Below, piece after piece: positions 49,605 to 57,817 of a DNA stretch of 64,000 bases; the first letter of the stretch is position 1, and each line of letters begins with the position of its first letter. Source of the stretch: Bdellovibrionales bacterium (GTDB taxonomy: Bacteria; Bdellovibrionota; Bdellovibrionia; Bdellovibrionales; UBA1609). A model generated the notes under the pieces. It was not told where the DNA came from, ran no database searches, and was given only the letters and a program-made list of their open reading frames with translations. The translations under genes and the position numbers were made by a program. The stretch spans positions 6,126 through 70,125 of the forward strand of contig JAYUKW010000033.1 of assembly GCA_043764155.1 (NCBI GenBank). The letters are read 5' to 3'.

Positions 49605-49675
49605 AAGGTGCCAGGTTCCGTTTGGGAATTAAACCACTTGTATTTGTTTAATTCCCAAACGGAACCTGGCACCTT
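49605..49675. repeat. perfect palindrome (30-bp arms, 11-nt loop) with GTGCCAGGTTC termini, exactly filling the gap between two convergent stop codons
   Basis: AAGGTGCCAGGTTCCGTTTGGGAATTAAAC (49605-49634) pairs with GTTTAATTCCCAAACGGAACCTGGCACCTT (49646-49675). It starts 1 nt after the TAG of the MAPEG gene and overlaps the TAA of the LLM gene by 2 nt. Confidence 0.9.
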
Positions 49676-50969
49676 AAAGTAAAGGTCGAACTTTAGTCAT
49701 AAATAAAGTCATCGATTTTTTAACGTCTTCGTTGTCATGGTTGTTGAAATCAAACCACAGCATTAAACGGTCATCAGGGTGGTACTTTTCTTTCAACTGA
49801 CGAGCCACCGTTTCACAGTTGCCGTAGATGGCATTCCCCACAGCTTTTTTTACTTTTTCAGTATCTAGGGTCCCTTCCATGGCTTTCCAGTAATTAGCCC
49901 ATGCTTTTTCAGCTTTTAGTTTAGCTTTTTCATTTTGCTGAGCAGGCGTTAAACCTTCTGTTTCATCAATAAAAATTAAAGCCGTTCTAGGCATATGGGA
50001 CTTGGTCCAAGCCCCCCCATCTTTATGAAACTTGGTCTTCATTCGTGTGTTGGTTTCATCTATTACCGACTGTGGAGTGATTGAAAGATTAAATACTGAA
50101 ACCGGTAAAATGGTATTTGCAAAATTTTGTAAAGCGACGTCATGAGTCCCTAATGTGAGCTCTAAATTTTCTAAAGACACTTCTTTTGGAATTAAAGTCA
50201 GTTTTTCAAAATTCCAAAATTTGTCGATGGGCAAAACGTCGTCCGAATTAATTTCAATTTTTGTTTGTCTTGAACTAAAATTAGGATTGTTTGAGTGAAA
50301 TTTAAAATCATAACCGCTAGAAAGCTTCATTTCTTGATTGTAGGTGTTGATCACCATAGACCAATCTTCTTCAGTTCTGAAATCAGTTTTAGATAAAGTT
50401 CTAGTTTGAATATTTTCAGAACTTAAGGTTTCACCTTTTAAAAGGCGTAAGAAAATTTCAGTGGCCTCAGATAATATTTTACCTTTTAAGGCAGGCCAAG
50501 CTTGTTTTTCCCATAATGTTCTTGGACGAATACCGTACGGCTCGTTGGCAAAATCAAATCTGCCAGAGGCGAACCCAATAGATAATTTTCTGTTTTTATA
50601 TCCTTGAACCTCTTGAAGTTTTAAAAATGTTCTGATGGCTTCAGCATGAGCCACAGGACCCCCGTTACACAAAATATTTCTAATAGCAGAACCTACATTT
50701 ATCTTTTTTGTTTTTGAAAACAAAATCTGGGCCATTTGAAGGACATCCGTATTTAAACCGATCTCGCCCACAAATTCAGGAATCACAGCGTTCGAAGTCT
50801 CTTTTTGGGTCTGACAACTTAAGTGGGTCTCAGCAATCCAAGCTGTGCCATAACCCAATTCATCAGCCAAAATGGCTTGATCAAAAAAGTTTTTAAACAT
50901 GTCTGATTCAGAAGGCATATGGCCATCTACTTCAGTCTGACAAATAGATAGAAAAATATCGAACTTCAT
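49674..50969 (-). CDS. LLM-class (luciferase-like) flavin-dependent oxidoreductase
   Basis: 431 aa. The N-terminus MKFDIFLS....FFDQAILADELGYGTAWIAETHLS is typical of luciferase-like monooxygenases. Confidence 0.7.
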   Translation of the reverse strand: MKFDIFLSICQTEVDGHMPSESDMFKNFFDQAILADELGYGTAWIAETHLSCQTQKETSNAVIPEFVGEIGLNTDVLQMAQILFSKTKKINVGSAIRNILCNGGPVAHAEAIRTFLKLQEVQGYKNRKLSIGFASGRFDFANEPYGIRPRTLWEKQAWPALKGKILSEATEIFLRLLKGETLSSENIQTRTLSKTDFRTEEDWSMVINTYNQEMKLSSGYDFKFHSNNPNFSSRQTKIEINSDDVLPIDKFWNFEKLTLIPKEVSLENLELTLGTHDVALQNFANTILPVSVFNLSITPQSVIDETNTRMKTKFHKDGGAWTKSHMPRTALIFIDETEGLTPAQQNEKAKLKAEKAWANYWKAMEGTLDTEKVKKAVGNAIYGNCETVARQLKEKYHPDDRLMLWFDFNNHDNEDVKKSMTLFMTKVRPLL

Positions 50970-51093
50970 AAAATTAGTATTAACCTATATTTAATAATTA
51001 TTCCACAAAAATGCTTAAGTTTTCATCTCGCAATAGTTTTAAGATAAGAGTATCCTTAATTTAATATTAATAAAAAAATAAGGAATCAAAACT

Positions 51094-51654
51094 TTGGATT
51101 TCAGAAACAAAAAACCGACGAAATATTTATGGTTAGATATGGAAATGACAGGCCTTGATGTCCAAAAAGAAAGAATCATTGAAGTCGCTGCCATCATCAC
51201 CGACACCGATTTAAATGAAATCAGCAATTATCACGCGGTGATTTTTCAAGATCATGAATTTATTGAACGTATGGACGACTGGAATCAAAAACAGCACAAG
51301 GCCACTGGTCTAATTAAATTGATTCCTGATGGCAAAAAGCAAGACGTAGTTGAAAGCGAACTCATGGCCTGGATTAACACACACTACAATGAAGAACTGC
51401 CGATTTTAGCAGGAAATAGTATCGCTCAAGATAAACTTTTTATTGATTTTCATATGCCTAAACTTAAAGAGGCTCTTCATTACCGAATGTTAGATGTCAC
51501 ATCTTGGAAGATTCCATTTTGGATTAAAGGAATTGAAATGAAAAAGAAAAATGTCCACCGCGCCGTCGACGACATCAGAGAAAGTATCAAAGAATTTAGA
51601 ACTTATTTAAAGTTCGTGGATTTCAACACCCCTGTGGATTACAAAAAAAAATAA
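51094..51654 (+). CDS. orn: oligoribonuclease
   Basis: LWLDMEMTGLD, IIEVAAIITD, AGNSIAQDKLFI and HRAVDDIRESIKE align with E. coli Orn DEDDh motifs. TTG start per the track. The last 8 codons lie inside the palindrome at 51631-51895. Confidence 0.9.
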   Translation: MDFRNKKPTKYLWLDMEMTGLDVQKERIIEVAAIITDTDLNEISNYHAVIFQDHEFIERMDDWNQKQHKATGLIKLIPDGKKQDVVESELMAWINTHYNEELPILAGNSIAQDKLFIDFHMPKLKEALHYRMLDVTSWKIPFWIKGIEMKKKNVHRAVDDIRESIKEFRTYLKFVDFNTPVDYKKK

Positions 51655-51895
51655 CAAAAGAATTAAGCTATAAATCTATTTCATAATTAGTTTCCATTCT
51701 GTATTTTAAAACAGGCTCGTTGGCATGAAGCTTTGATGCTGGAAAAGTTCCAGCGAACATCGCAGCTGTGAGTGAACTTGACAGCTCTGCAAAGCGAGTG
51801 ACAAGGCTTCGCCTGTTTTAAAATACAGAATGGAAACTAATTATGAAATAGATTTATAGCTTAATTCTTTTGTTATTTTTTTTGTAATCCACAGG
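51631..51895. repeat. 265-bp palindromic element: 85/84-bp arms around a 96-nt conserved core
   Basis: Arms 51631-51715 and 51812-51895 are reverse complements except for an A9 versus T8 run. The core contains GGCTCGTTGGCATGAAGCTTTG (51714-51735) and TGCAAAGCGAGTGACAAGG (51788-51806), which are also present at 57951-57972 and 58047-58065. Confidence 0.9.
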
Positions 51896-51919
51896 AGCGT
51901 TTCAAGTCCATTTAAACGG

Positions 51920-51947
51920 GTTTAATTCTCAAACGGAACCTGGCACT
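51920..51947. repeat. solo half-site of the GTGCCAGGTTC palindrome family, 2 nt after the ahcY stop codon
   Basis: GTTTAATTCTCAAACGGAACCTGGCACT differs at 2 positions from the right arm at 49646-49673. No inverted partner was seen nearby. Confidence 0.8.
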
Positions 51948-51949
51948 TT

Positions 51950-53356
51950 TTAGTATCTATAATGATCTGGCTTAAATGGTCCAACTTGATCAAGACTTAA
52001 ATACTTAGACTGCTTATCTGAAAGCTGAGTCAATTTGGCCCCAACTTTATCTAAGTGGAGAGCTGCTACTTTTTCGTCTAAATGCTTAGGAAGTCTATAA
52101 ACACCGATCTTATAATTTTTTGTGTTTTTATAAAGTTCTAACTGAGCCATAACTTGATTTGTGAAAGACGCGCTCATCACAAAAGATGGATGCCCGGTTG
52201 CGCAACCTAAATTAACTAAACGACCCTTAGCTAAAACAATAACTTTTTTACCATTCTTCATTTCGTGAATATCAACCTGAGGCTTTATTTCTGTCATTTT
52301 AGAATTGGCGTTTAACCACTTCATATCAATCTCAATATCAAAGTGACCAATGTTACAAACGATAGCGCCATCTTTCATTTTTTCGAAATGCTTTTGAGTG
52401 ATGATGTCACAGCATCCAGTGGCCGTTACAAAGATATCTGCTTGTGATGCGGCGTCATCCATTGTGACGACCTGATATCCTTCCATAGCCGCCTGTAAGG
52501 CACAAATAGGATCAACTTCAGTCACTAATATTCTAGCCCCAAGACCTTTTAAAGATCCAACAGAGCCTTTACCAACATCTCCGTACCCTGCAACAACAAC
52601 AATTTTACCGGCTATCATCACATCGGTCGCGCGTTTTAAAGCGTCGACTAAAGATTCGCGACAACCATATAAATTATCAAATTTTGTTTTAGTAACAGAA
52701 TCATTCACGTTAATTGCAGGAATTTTTAATTTTCCTTCTTCAAGCATTTTATATAAGTGATGAACACCAGTCGTAGTTTCTTCTGTCACACCGATTATTT
52801 TCTTTAAAGCGTCTGCAAAACGAGGTTCATGCATCATGTTGGTTAAATCACCACCATCGTCTAAAAGCATGTTCGCACCTTCATCATTCCATCCTAAAAT
52901 GGTCTGTTCAACGCACCAGTTGTACTCTTCTTCAGTTTCGCCCTTCCAAGCATAAATCGGAACACCAGCCGCAACCATGGCAACAGCCGCATGATCTTGA
53001 GTGGAATAAATATTACATGAACTCCAACGTACTTTTGCACCCAAATCCACAAGGGTTTCAATCAACACGGCCGTCTGAATTGTCATATGAATACAACCAG
53101 TGATTCGAGCGCCCTTTAAAGGAAATTGACCTTTGTACTCTTGTCTTAATGACATCAGACCTGGCATTTCACTTTCAGCGATTTGGATTTCTGCACGACC
53201 CCAACGAGCCAATTCATCAAACTTCTTTGGATCTTCCATAGCTTCTTTGCAAACTCTAAAGTCGACCATTTTATTTGCTAAAGTTAATTTTTTAGCCACC
53301 ATATTGTTGGAAGTTAAATTTGACTTCGTGTTGGACGCAGCACTCATATCTTGCAT
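51950..53356 (-). CDS. ahcY: adenosylhomocysteinase
   Basis: 468 aa. [14 protein letters not shown], the NAD-binding [10 protein letters not shown] and GHFDIEID signatures. Ends ...PDHYRY. Confidence 0.95.
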   Translation of the reverse strand: MQDMSAASNTKSNLTSNNMVAKKLTLANKMVDFRVCKEAMEDPKKFDELARWGRAEIQIAESEMPGLMSLRQEYKGQFPLKGARITGCIHMTIQTAVLIETLVDLGAKVRWSSCNIYSTQDHAAVAMVAAGVPIYAWKGETEEEYNWCVEQTILGWNDEGANMLLDDGGDLTNMMHEPRFADALKKIIGVTEETTTGVHHLYKMLEEGKLKIPAINVNDSVTKTKFDNLYGCRESLVDALKRATDVMIAGKIVVVAGYGDVGKGSVGSLKGLGARILVTEVDPICALQAAMEGYQVVTMDDAASQADIFVTATGCCDIITQKHFEKMKDGAIVCNIGHFDIEIDMKWLNANSKMTEIKPQVDIHEMKNGKKVIVLAKGRLVNLGCATGHPSFVMSASFTNQVMAQLELYKNTKNYKIGVYRLPKHLDEKVAALHLDKVGAKLTQLSDKQSKYLSLDQVGPFKPDHYRY

Positions 53357-53525
53357 TGGGTATCTCCTGATTTTTAAAATAAAAGGATAATGGACTGTTC
53401 AGTAAAGCGCAAAACAATATATAAAATGACTGCACTTGGCGGTGATAATGAAAATGAGTTTCTTAAGTGAGCTCTACAGAAATCATGGCATTAAATCTAA
53501 ATAGGTCATTTTAAAAAATACCAAT

Positions 53526-54305
53526 TTAAAAGCTGATCACTTCAGATCCAGATAAAGTCATGATTTCATAACCGATATCTGTGATTAAAACAGTGTGCTC
53601 GAACTGAGCCGACAAGCACTTATCTTTTGTTTCGTAATATTTAATTGAGGACCCAGGTATTGAAAATTCAACTGTGGCGGCTGCGGTCTCGTTCACCATC
53701 GGCTCTACTGTGATGCAGGTCCACGGCTTTAACTGATAGCCCTTCCCTTTTTTTCCAATAGAAGGAACAAAGGGTTCGTCATGAAATGTTGTTCCAATGC
53801 CGTGCCCGCCGATCTCTTCTACGACGTAAAAGCCTTTACGGCTAACGTACTTGTTGATCGAAAACCCGATATCTCCGACAGTGGATTGAGCCGAAACCTG
53901 TTGAATTCCTTGATGCATAGAATGATAAGCACATTCTGTAACTCGTTTAGCCGCTTCAGACACATCGCCCACAAAAAAAGTTGCTGATGTATCACCGAAG
54001 TACCCATTCAAAATACAAGTCACATCCACATTAATGATGTCCCCATTTTTTAATATTTCATCAGCTCTAGGGACCCCATGACAAATGCATTCATTGATAG
54101 AGGTACAAACAGACTTAGGAAATCCATGATAACCCAGAGGCGCTGGCAAAGCTCCAGCGGAGAGAGTGTAATCATGAACGATCTTGTTGATTTCAAGAGT
54201 TGAAATCCCAGGCTGAATGTATTTTTTGATATTTAGAAGCGTTTCGGCCGCAAGCTTTCCAGCTTTCTGCATGCCATCTATGAAAGTTTTGGTCTTTGCG
54301 TTCAT
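53526..54305 (-). CDS. map: type I methionine aminopeptidase
   Basis: 259 aa. Metal ligands lie in the typical context (..INVDVTCILNGYFGDTSATF.., ..GGHGIG.., ..VEPM.., ..FEHTVLIT..). Confidence 0.95.
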   Translation of the reverse strand: MNAKTKTFIDGMQKAGKLAAETLLNIKKYIQPGISTLEINKIVHDYTLSAGALPAPLGYHGFPKSVCTSINECICHGVPRADEILKNGDIINVDVTCILNGYFGDTSATFFVGDVSEAAKRVTECAYHSMHQGIQQVSAQSTVGDIGFSINKYVSRKGFYVVEEIGGHGIGTTFHDEPFVPSIGKKGKGYQLKPWTCITVEPMVNETAAATVEFSIPGSSIKYYETKDKCLSAQFEHTVLITDIGYEIMTLSGSEVISF

Positions 54306-54321
54306 AAATAATCTATAACCT

Positions 54322-54353
54322 AAAAAAAAAAGAGCCTCAACTACGAGGCTCTT
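54322..54353 (-). terminator. rho-independent terminator after the SWIB gene
   Basis: On the minus strand AAGAGCCTC-GTAGTT-GAGGCTCTT is followed by T10. Confidence 0.75.
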
Positions 54354-54382
54354 AAAATAATTTTTAAAGATAAAACTTATAT

Positions 54383-54814
54383 CTATTTTAAGTGACCGCT
54401 TACAATTTTAGTCATTTCAAACATAGAAACTTGTTTTTTACCAAAGATTGGCATTAATTTGTCATCAGCATTGATGTTTCTTCTGTTCTGAGCATCTTGA
54501 AGATTGTTCTTCTTGATATAAGCCCAAAGTTTCTTAACAACTTCTGTTCTTGGAAGTGGTGCTGCACCGACAACCTGAGCTAAGGCTGGACTTGGCATTA
54601 ACGCTTTCATGAACGCTGCATTTGGCTTTCTTTTTGTTTTAGCTTTTGGAGCTGCTGCTTTTTTTGGAGCCGCTTTTTTAGCTGGAGTAGCTTTTTTTGC
54701 TACTGCTTTTTTCGCTGCAGGTTTTTTTGCTGCTGCTTTTGGTTTTGCTTTAACTACTTTCTTCTTAGTTGTTTTCTTTGCTGCTTTTTTCGCTGCTTTC
54801 TTTTTTGTCGCCAT
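54383..54814 (-). CDS. SWIB/MDM2-domain protein with an N-terminal histone H1-like K/A/P-rich tail
   Basis: Residues 1-65 are AKKAAKK/PAAKKA repeats. The C-terminal ..LAQVVGAAPLPRTEVVKKLWAYIKKNNLQDAQNRRNINADDKLMPIFGKKQVSMFEMTKIVSGHL is a SWIB fold signature. Confidence 0.85.
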   Translation of the reverse strand: MATKKKAAKKAAKKTTKKKVVKAKPKAAAKKPAAKKAVAKKATPAKKAAPKKAAAPKAKTKRKPNAAFMKALMPSPALAQVVGAAPLPRTEVVKKLWAYIKKNNLQDAQNRRNINADDKLMPIFGKKQVSMFEMTKIVSGHLK

Positions 54815-54886
54815 TTAAAAATTCCTCCCATTAAAGGCTTAAACTTCATCTTTAATGATATCTATTTCTTTTCCCTTGTAAACATT

Positions 54887-56566
54887 TTAATTTGAAATTT
54901 TTCTATATTGGATTCTCTTCGGTTGTAAATCATCAACTCCAAGTCGTTTTTTTAAATCTTCTTCGTACTCAGAATAACTTCCTGGGAAAAATTCAATATG
55001 ACTGTTTCCTTCGAAAGCCATGGTGTGAGTACAAACCCTGTCGAGGAACCATCTGTCGTGACTGATCACAAGAACGCAACCACCAAAAGATTCAATCGCT
55101 TCTTCTAAAGCGCGCATAGTATTCACATCCAAGTCATTAGTCGGCTCATCGAGTAAAATAACGTTGGCGCCCTCAGCTAAAAGCTTCGCTAATTGCACAC
55201 GATTGCGTTCGCCACCCGATAAATTGCCAACTTTCTTCTGTTGATCTGATCCAGAAAAGTTAAATTTAGAGACATAAGCTCTGGAATTCATCTCTTTTCC
55301 ACCGACATTCATCAAATCTTCACCACCAGAAATTTCTTCCCACACAGTTTTTTCAGCATTTAAATTATCTCTAGACTGATCCACGTAAGCCAACTTTACT
55401 GTTTCGCCGACTTGTAATTCACCCGAATCTGGCTTTTCTTGACCCACGATCATTCTAAATAAAGATGTTTTTCCTGCTCCGTTAGGGCCGACAATTCCGA
55501 CAACACCACCGGCTGGAATATCAAAACTTAAATTTTCAAATAAAATTTTATCCCCGTAACGCTTAGAAATATTTTTGGCTTCAACCACTTTCTTACCTAA
55601 TCTTGGACCTGGCGGAATATAAAGTTGAAGTTCTGCTAATTTTTCCTTCGAAGGCTCTTTAAGCATCATTTCATAGTTAGACACACGGGCTTTTGCTTTC
55701 GCTTGTCGACCTTTAGGGTTCGTTCGAATCCATTCTAATTCTTTTTCTAAAGTTTTATTTCTTGTCGCTTCAGTTTTGGATTCTAACTGCATACGTTTGT
55801 TTTTTTGATCCAACCAAGACGAATAATTACCTTTAAATGGAATTCCTTCGCCGCGGTCCAATTCTAAAATCCAACCGGCTACATTATCTAGAAAGTATCT
55901 ATCATGGGTGACAGCAATCACAGTTCCTGGAAATTTCGCCAAATAATGTTCCAACCAAGTTACCGATTCGGCGTCCAAATGGTTGGTAGGTTCATCCAGT
56001 AATAAAATATCAGGCTGTGAGAGTAATAGTCGGGCTAAAGCGACACGACGTTTTTCTCCACCAGATAATTTATCAACTGACGCTTCACCAGGAGGACATC
56101 TTAAGGCTTCAACAGCCATGCTGATCGTCTGATCCACATCCCATCCATTAACGGATTCAATCTTTTCTTGAATCTCGCCCTGCTTTTCAATCAGCTTATC
56201 CATGGCTTCTGGAGTGATATTTTCGTCACACATCTTTTCACTTAAGGAATTGAATTCTTTTAACCAAACAGGTAATTCGCCCATTCCGTCCAGAATATTT
56301 TCATGAACAGTTTTTTCAGGATTTAATTCTGGCTCTTGTTCTAAGTAACCTAATTTAAAATCGCGAGCTGGAAAAGATTCACCTAAAAAATCTTGATCAA
56401 TTCCTGCCATTATTTTTAAAAGTGTACTTTTACCTGAACCGTTTAAACCCAAAACCCCAATCTTTGCGCCGTAAAAGTAAGAAAGATAAATATTTTTTAA
56501 AATATATTTTGTCGGTGGTATCACTTTACTGACACCTTTCATTGTATAGATGATCTCTTCAGCCAT
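54887..56566 (-). CDS. ettA: energy-dependent translational throttle protein EttA (ABC-F)
   Basis: 559 aa. N-terminus AEEIIYTMKGVSKVIPP.KYILKNIYLSYFYGAKIGVLGLNGSGKSTLL, two ABC modules, C-terminus ..PKRIQYRKI. Confidence 0.95.
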   Translation of the reverse strand: MAEEIIYTMKGVSKVIPPTKYILKNIYLSYFYGAKIGVLGLNGSGKSTLLKIMAGIDQDFLGESFPARDFKLGYLEQEPELNPEKTVHENILDGMGELPVWLKEFNSLSEKMCDENITPEAMDKLIEKQGEIQEKIESVNGWDVDQTISMAVEALRCPPGEASVDKLSGGEKRRVALARLLLSQPDILLLDEPTNHLDAESVTWLEHYLAKFPGTVIAVTHDRYFLDNVAGWILELDRGEGIPFKGNYSSWLDQKNKRMQLESKTEATRNKTLEKELEWIRTNPKGRQAKAKARVSNYEMMLKEPSKEKLAELQLYIPPGPRLGKKVVEAKNISKRYGDKILFENLSFDIPAGGVVGIVGPNGAGKTSLFRMIVGQEKPDSGELQVGETVKLAYVDQSRDNLNAEKTVWEEISGGEDLMNVGGKEMNSRAYVSKFNFSGSDQQKKVGNLSGGERNRVQLAKLLAEGANVILLDEPTNDLDVNTMRALEEAIESFGGCVLVISHDRWFLDRVCTHTMAFEGNSHIEFFPGSYSEYEEDLKKRLGVDDLQPKRIQYRKISN

Positions 56567-56627
56567 GTCTTGCTCCTAAGGTCTAAATTTTTCTTGTCAA
56601 AGAGTTTTAACGGATTACACTAATTGA

Positions 56628-56810
56628 GTGTCATCAAAAAATGAAGTTAAAATTTATAAAATACGCGAAGAGCTGTCTCAGGCCTTAAATAATTGGCAAG
56701 ATATAGAGACAAAAGCTAAAAAGACACCCAAAAAGCCAACAGAACCCACTACGTCGCCAAGAAAAAGAAAACTTTTAAAAGTCATTCAACAGCAGTTAGA
56801 GTCTCTTTAG
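56628..56810 (+). CDS. possible small basic protein
   Basis: 60-codon ORF with a GTG start, divergent from ettA. No support other than being an open frame in an otherwise empty gap. Confidence 0.3.
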   Translation: MSSKNEVKIYKIREELSQALNNWQDIETKAKKTPKKPTEPTTSPRKRKLLKVIQQQLESL

Positions 56811-56875
56811 ACAATAAAATTGAATATCCAGAGAGTCTTCAATGAAGCGACTTTTTAGATTTGAAAAAAAGCCTT

Positions 56876-57307
56876 TTACTCACATTCCGCTGATACTTCT
56901 TTAAAGTTCACTGATTTATTTTGGAAATTGGTTGAAAAGTTCACTTTTGTTATTAGAGCCAATGGCAATCTTGAGTACTGTTTTATGATTTTTTTTTCTG
57001 TCTCTTCTTTTTCGACTAAAATAATCAGTTTATTATTTTTATCTAAGTGAAAGCCATATCCCAAAAAATCAAATAGATTCACATAAACACCCTTTCTTTT
57101 GTTTTCGTCCTCGTGCTTCAGTTCTGCTAATAAAAACTTTTCGACTTTTAAACTAATTATTTTTCCCTCTGTGGTTTTGGCTTTGAAGTGGCAATTCAGT
57201 TCCAGAATGGCTAATGTTGATTTGTTGGGTATTTCTTTTAAGGATTTAAGTTCAACAGAGTAAGATGTTGAACTTAAAAAAAGCAAAGCAAAAGTCAATT
57301 TTATCAT
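56876..57307 (-). CDS. small secreted hypothetical protein
   Basis: 143 aa with a signal peptide (FALLFLSSTSYS). AGGA lies 9 nt upstream of the ATG, inside the last repeat unit of the 12-mer array. Confidence 0.45.
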   Translation of the reverse strand: MIKLTFALLFLSSTSYSVELKSLKEIPNKSTLAILELNCHFKAKTTEGKIISLKVEKFLLAELKHEDENKRKGVYVNLFDFLGYGFHLDKNNKLIILVEKEETEKKIIKQYSRLPLALITKVNFSTNFQNKSVNFKEVSAECE

Positions 57308-57310
57308 ATT

Positions 57311-57391
57311 AGTCCTAAAGTTGATTCTAAAGTTGATTCTAAAGTTGTCCCTACAGTTGATCTTGCAGTTGATTCTACAGTTAGTCCCTAA
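57311..57391. repeat. 12-bp tandem repeat array (~6.5 units) filling the bolA / orf143 intergenic region
   Basis: Units: AGTCCTAA | AGTTGATTCTAA | AGTTGATTCTAA | AGTTGTCCCTAC | AGTTGATCTTGC | AGTTGATTCTAC | AGTTAGTCCCTAA. They lie between the bolA stop (57408-57410) and the orf143 start (57305-57307). Confidence 0.9.
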
Positions 57392-57407
57392 AGATCAGTT
57401 GCTGGTT

Positions 57408-57776
57408 TTATTTTTTAGGCGACTTACTATCTGGCACTTTGTGAGAGCAATTTGGACTTTTAAATTTTTTTGCAGCATTAACAGCACTCGAAGACTTAGT
57501 TGGAATGAAAGACGACCCACTCTTTAGCTGATCTGGACTTAAAGTTTTTAAAGCCAAAGCATGTATTCGCGGCATAATGTCTTTCAAGGTTTCATAAACA
57601 TGTTTTTGTTTGTCTATGGATTTGAGACCCTTAAACATTTCGCTGACGATAAAAACTTTAAAGTGCGACTCTCGACCTTTAGGTCCCGAATGCAGATCAC
57701 TTTCATTCACAATTTCCAAATCATTTGGGCTATAAACCGACATTAGCAACTGCTCAATTTCATTTTGAATTTTCAT
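57408..57776 (-). CDS. bolA: BolA-family protein with a basic C-terminal extension
   Basis: ..VNESDLHSGPKGRESHFKVFIVSEMFKGLKSIDKQKHVYETLKDIM.RIHALALKTLSP.. is the BolA signature. About 35 extra K/S/P-rich C-terminal residues. Confidence 0.8.
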   Translation of the reverse strand: MKIQNEIEQLLMSVYSPNDLEIVNESDLHSGPKGRESHFKVFIVSEMFKGLKSIDKQKHVYETLKDIMPRIHALALKTLSPDQLKSGSSFIPTKSSSAVNAAKKFKSPNCSHKVPDSKSPKK

Positions 57777-57817
57777 ATTTAAACCCTACCGGAATACGCT
57801 AATCTACGCCACCAAAT

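Noticed and set aside
49605-49675. Plain bidirectional intrinsic terminator as the full explanation of the 30-bp-arm palindrome
   Set aside because: It may well terminate transcription. However, it lacks flanking U-tracts, is far longer than the ordinary terminators seen elsewhere in the window (9-17 bp stems), and its arm sequence recurs at 51920-51947 and as the termini of the 382-bp element. I therefore treat it as a member of a repeat family.
53357-53525. SAH riboswitch upstream of ahcY
   Set aside because: I read the minus-strand leader and found nothing resembling the GC-rich SAH riboswitch core that I recall (pseudoknotted ..GAGGAGCG..GGCUCAGGA..AACGGC..). The region is AT-rich and unstructured by eye. 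A cmscan would be needed to be definitive.
57311-57391. Could the 12-bp tandem array be a CRISPR array?
   Set aside because: The units are only 12 bp and directly adjacent with no spacers. No cas genes are present. It is a simple tandem repeat.
57321-57527. Track ORFs created by repeats or low complexity: 57321..57527 (+), 57943..58131 (-), 54609..54818 (+)
   Set aside because: Their translations are periodic or low-complexity read-outs of the 12-mer array, the palindromic element and the antisense of the K/A-rich SWIB tail. They are not credible genes.
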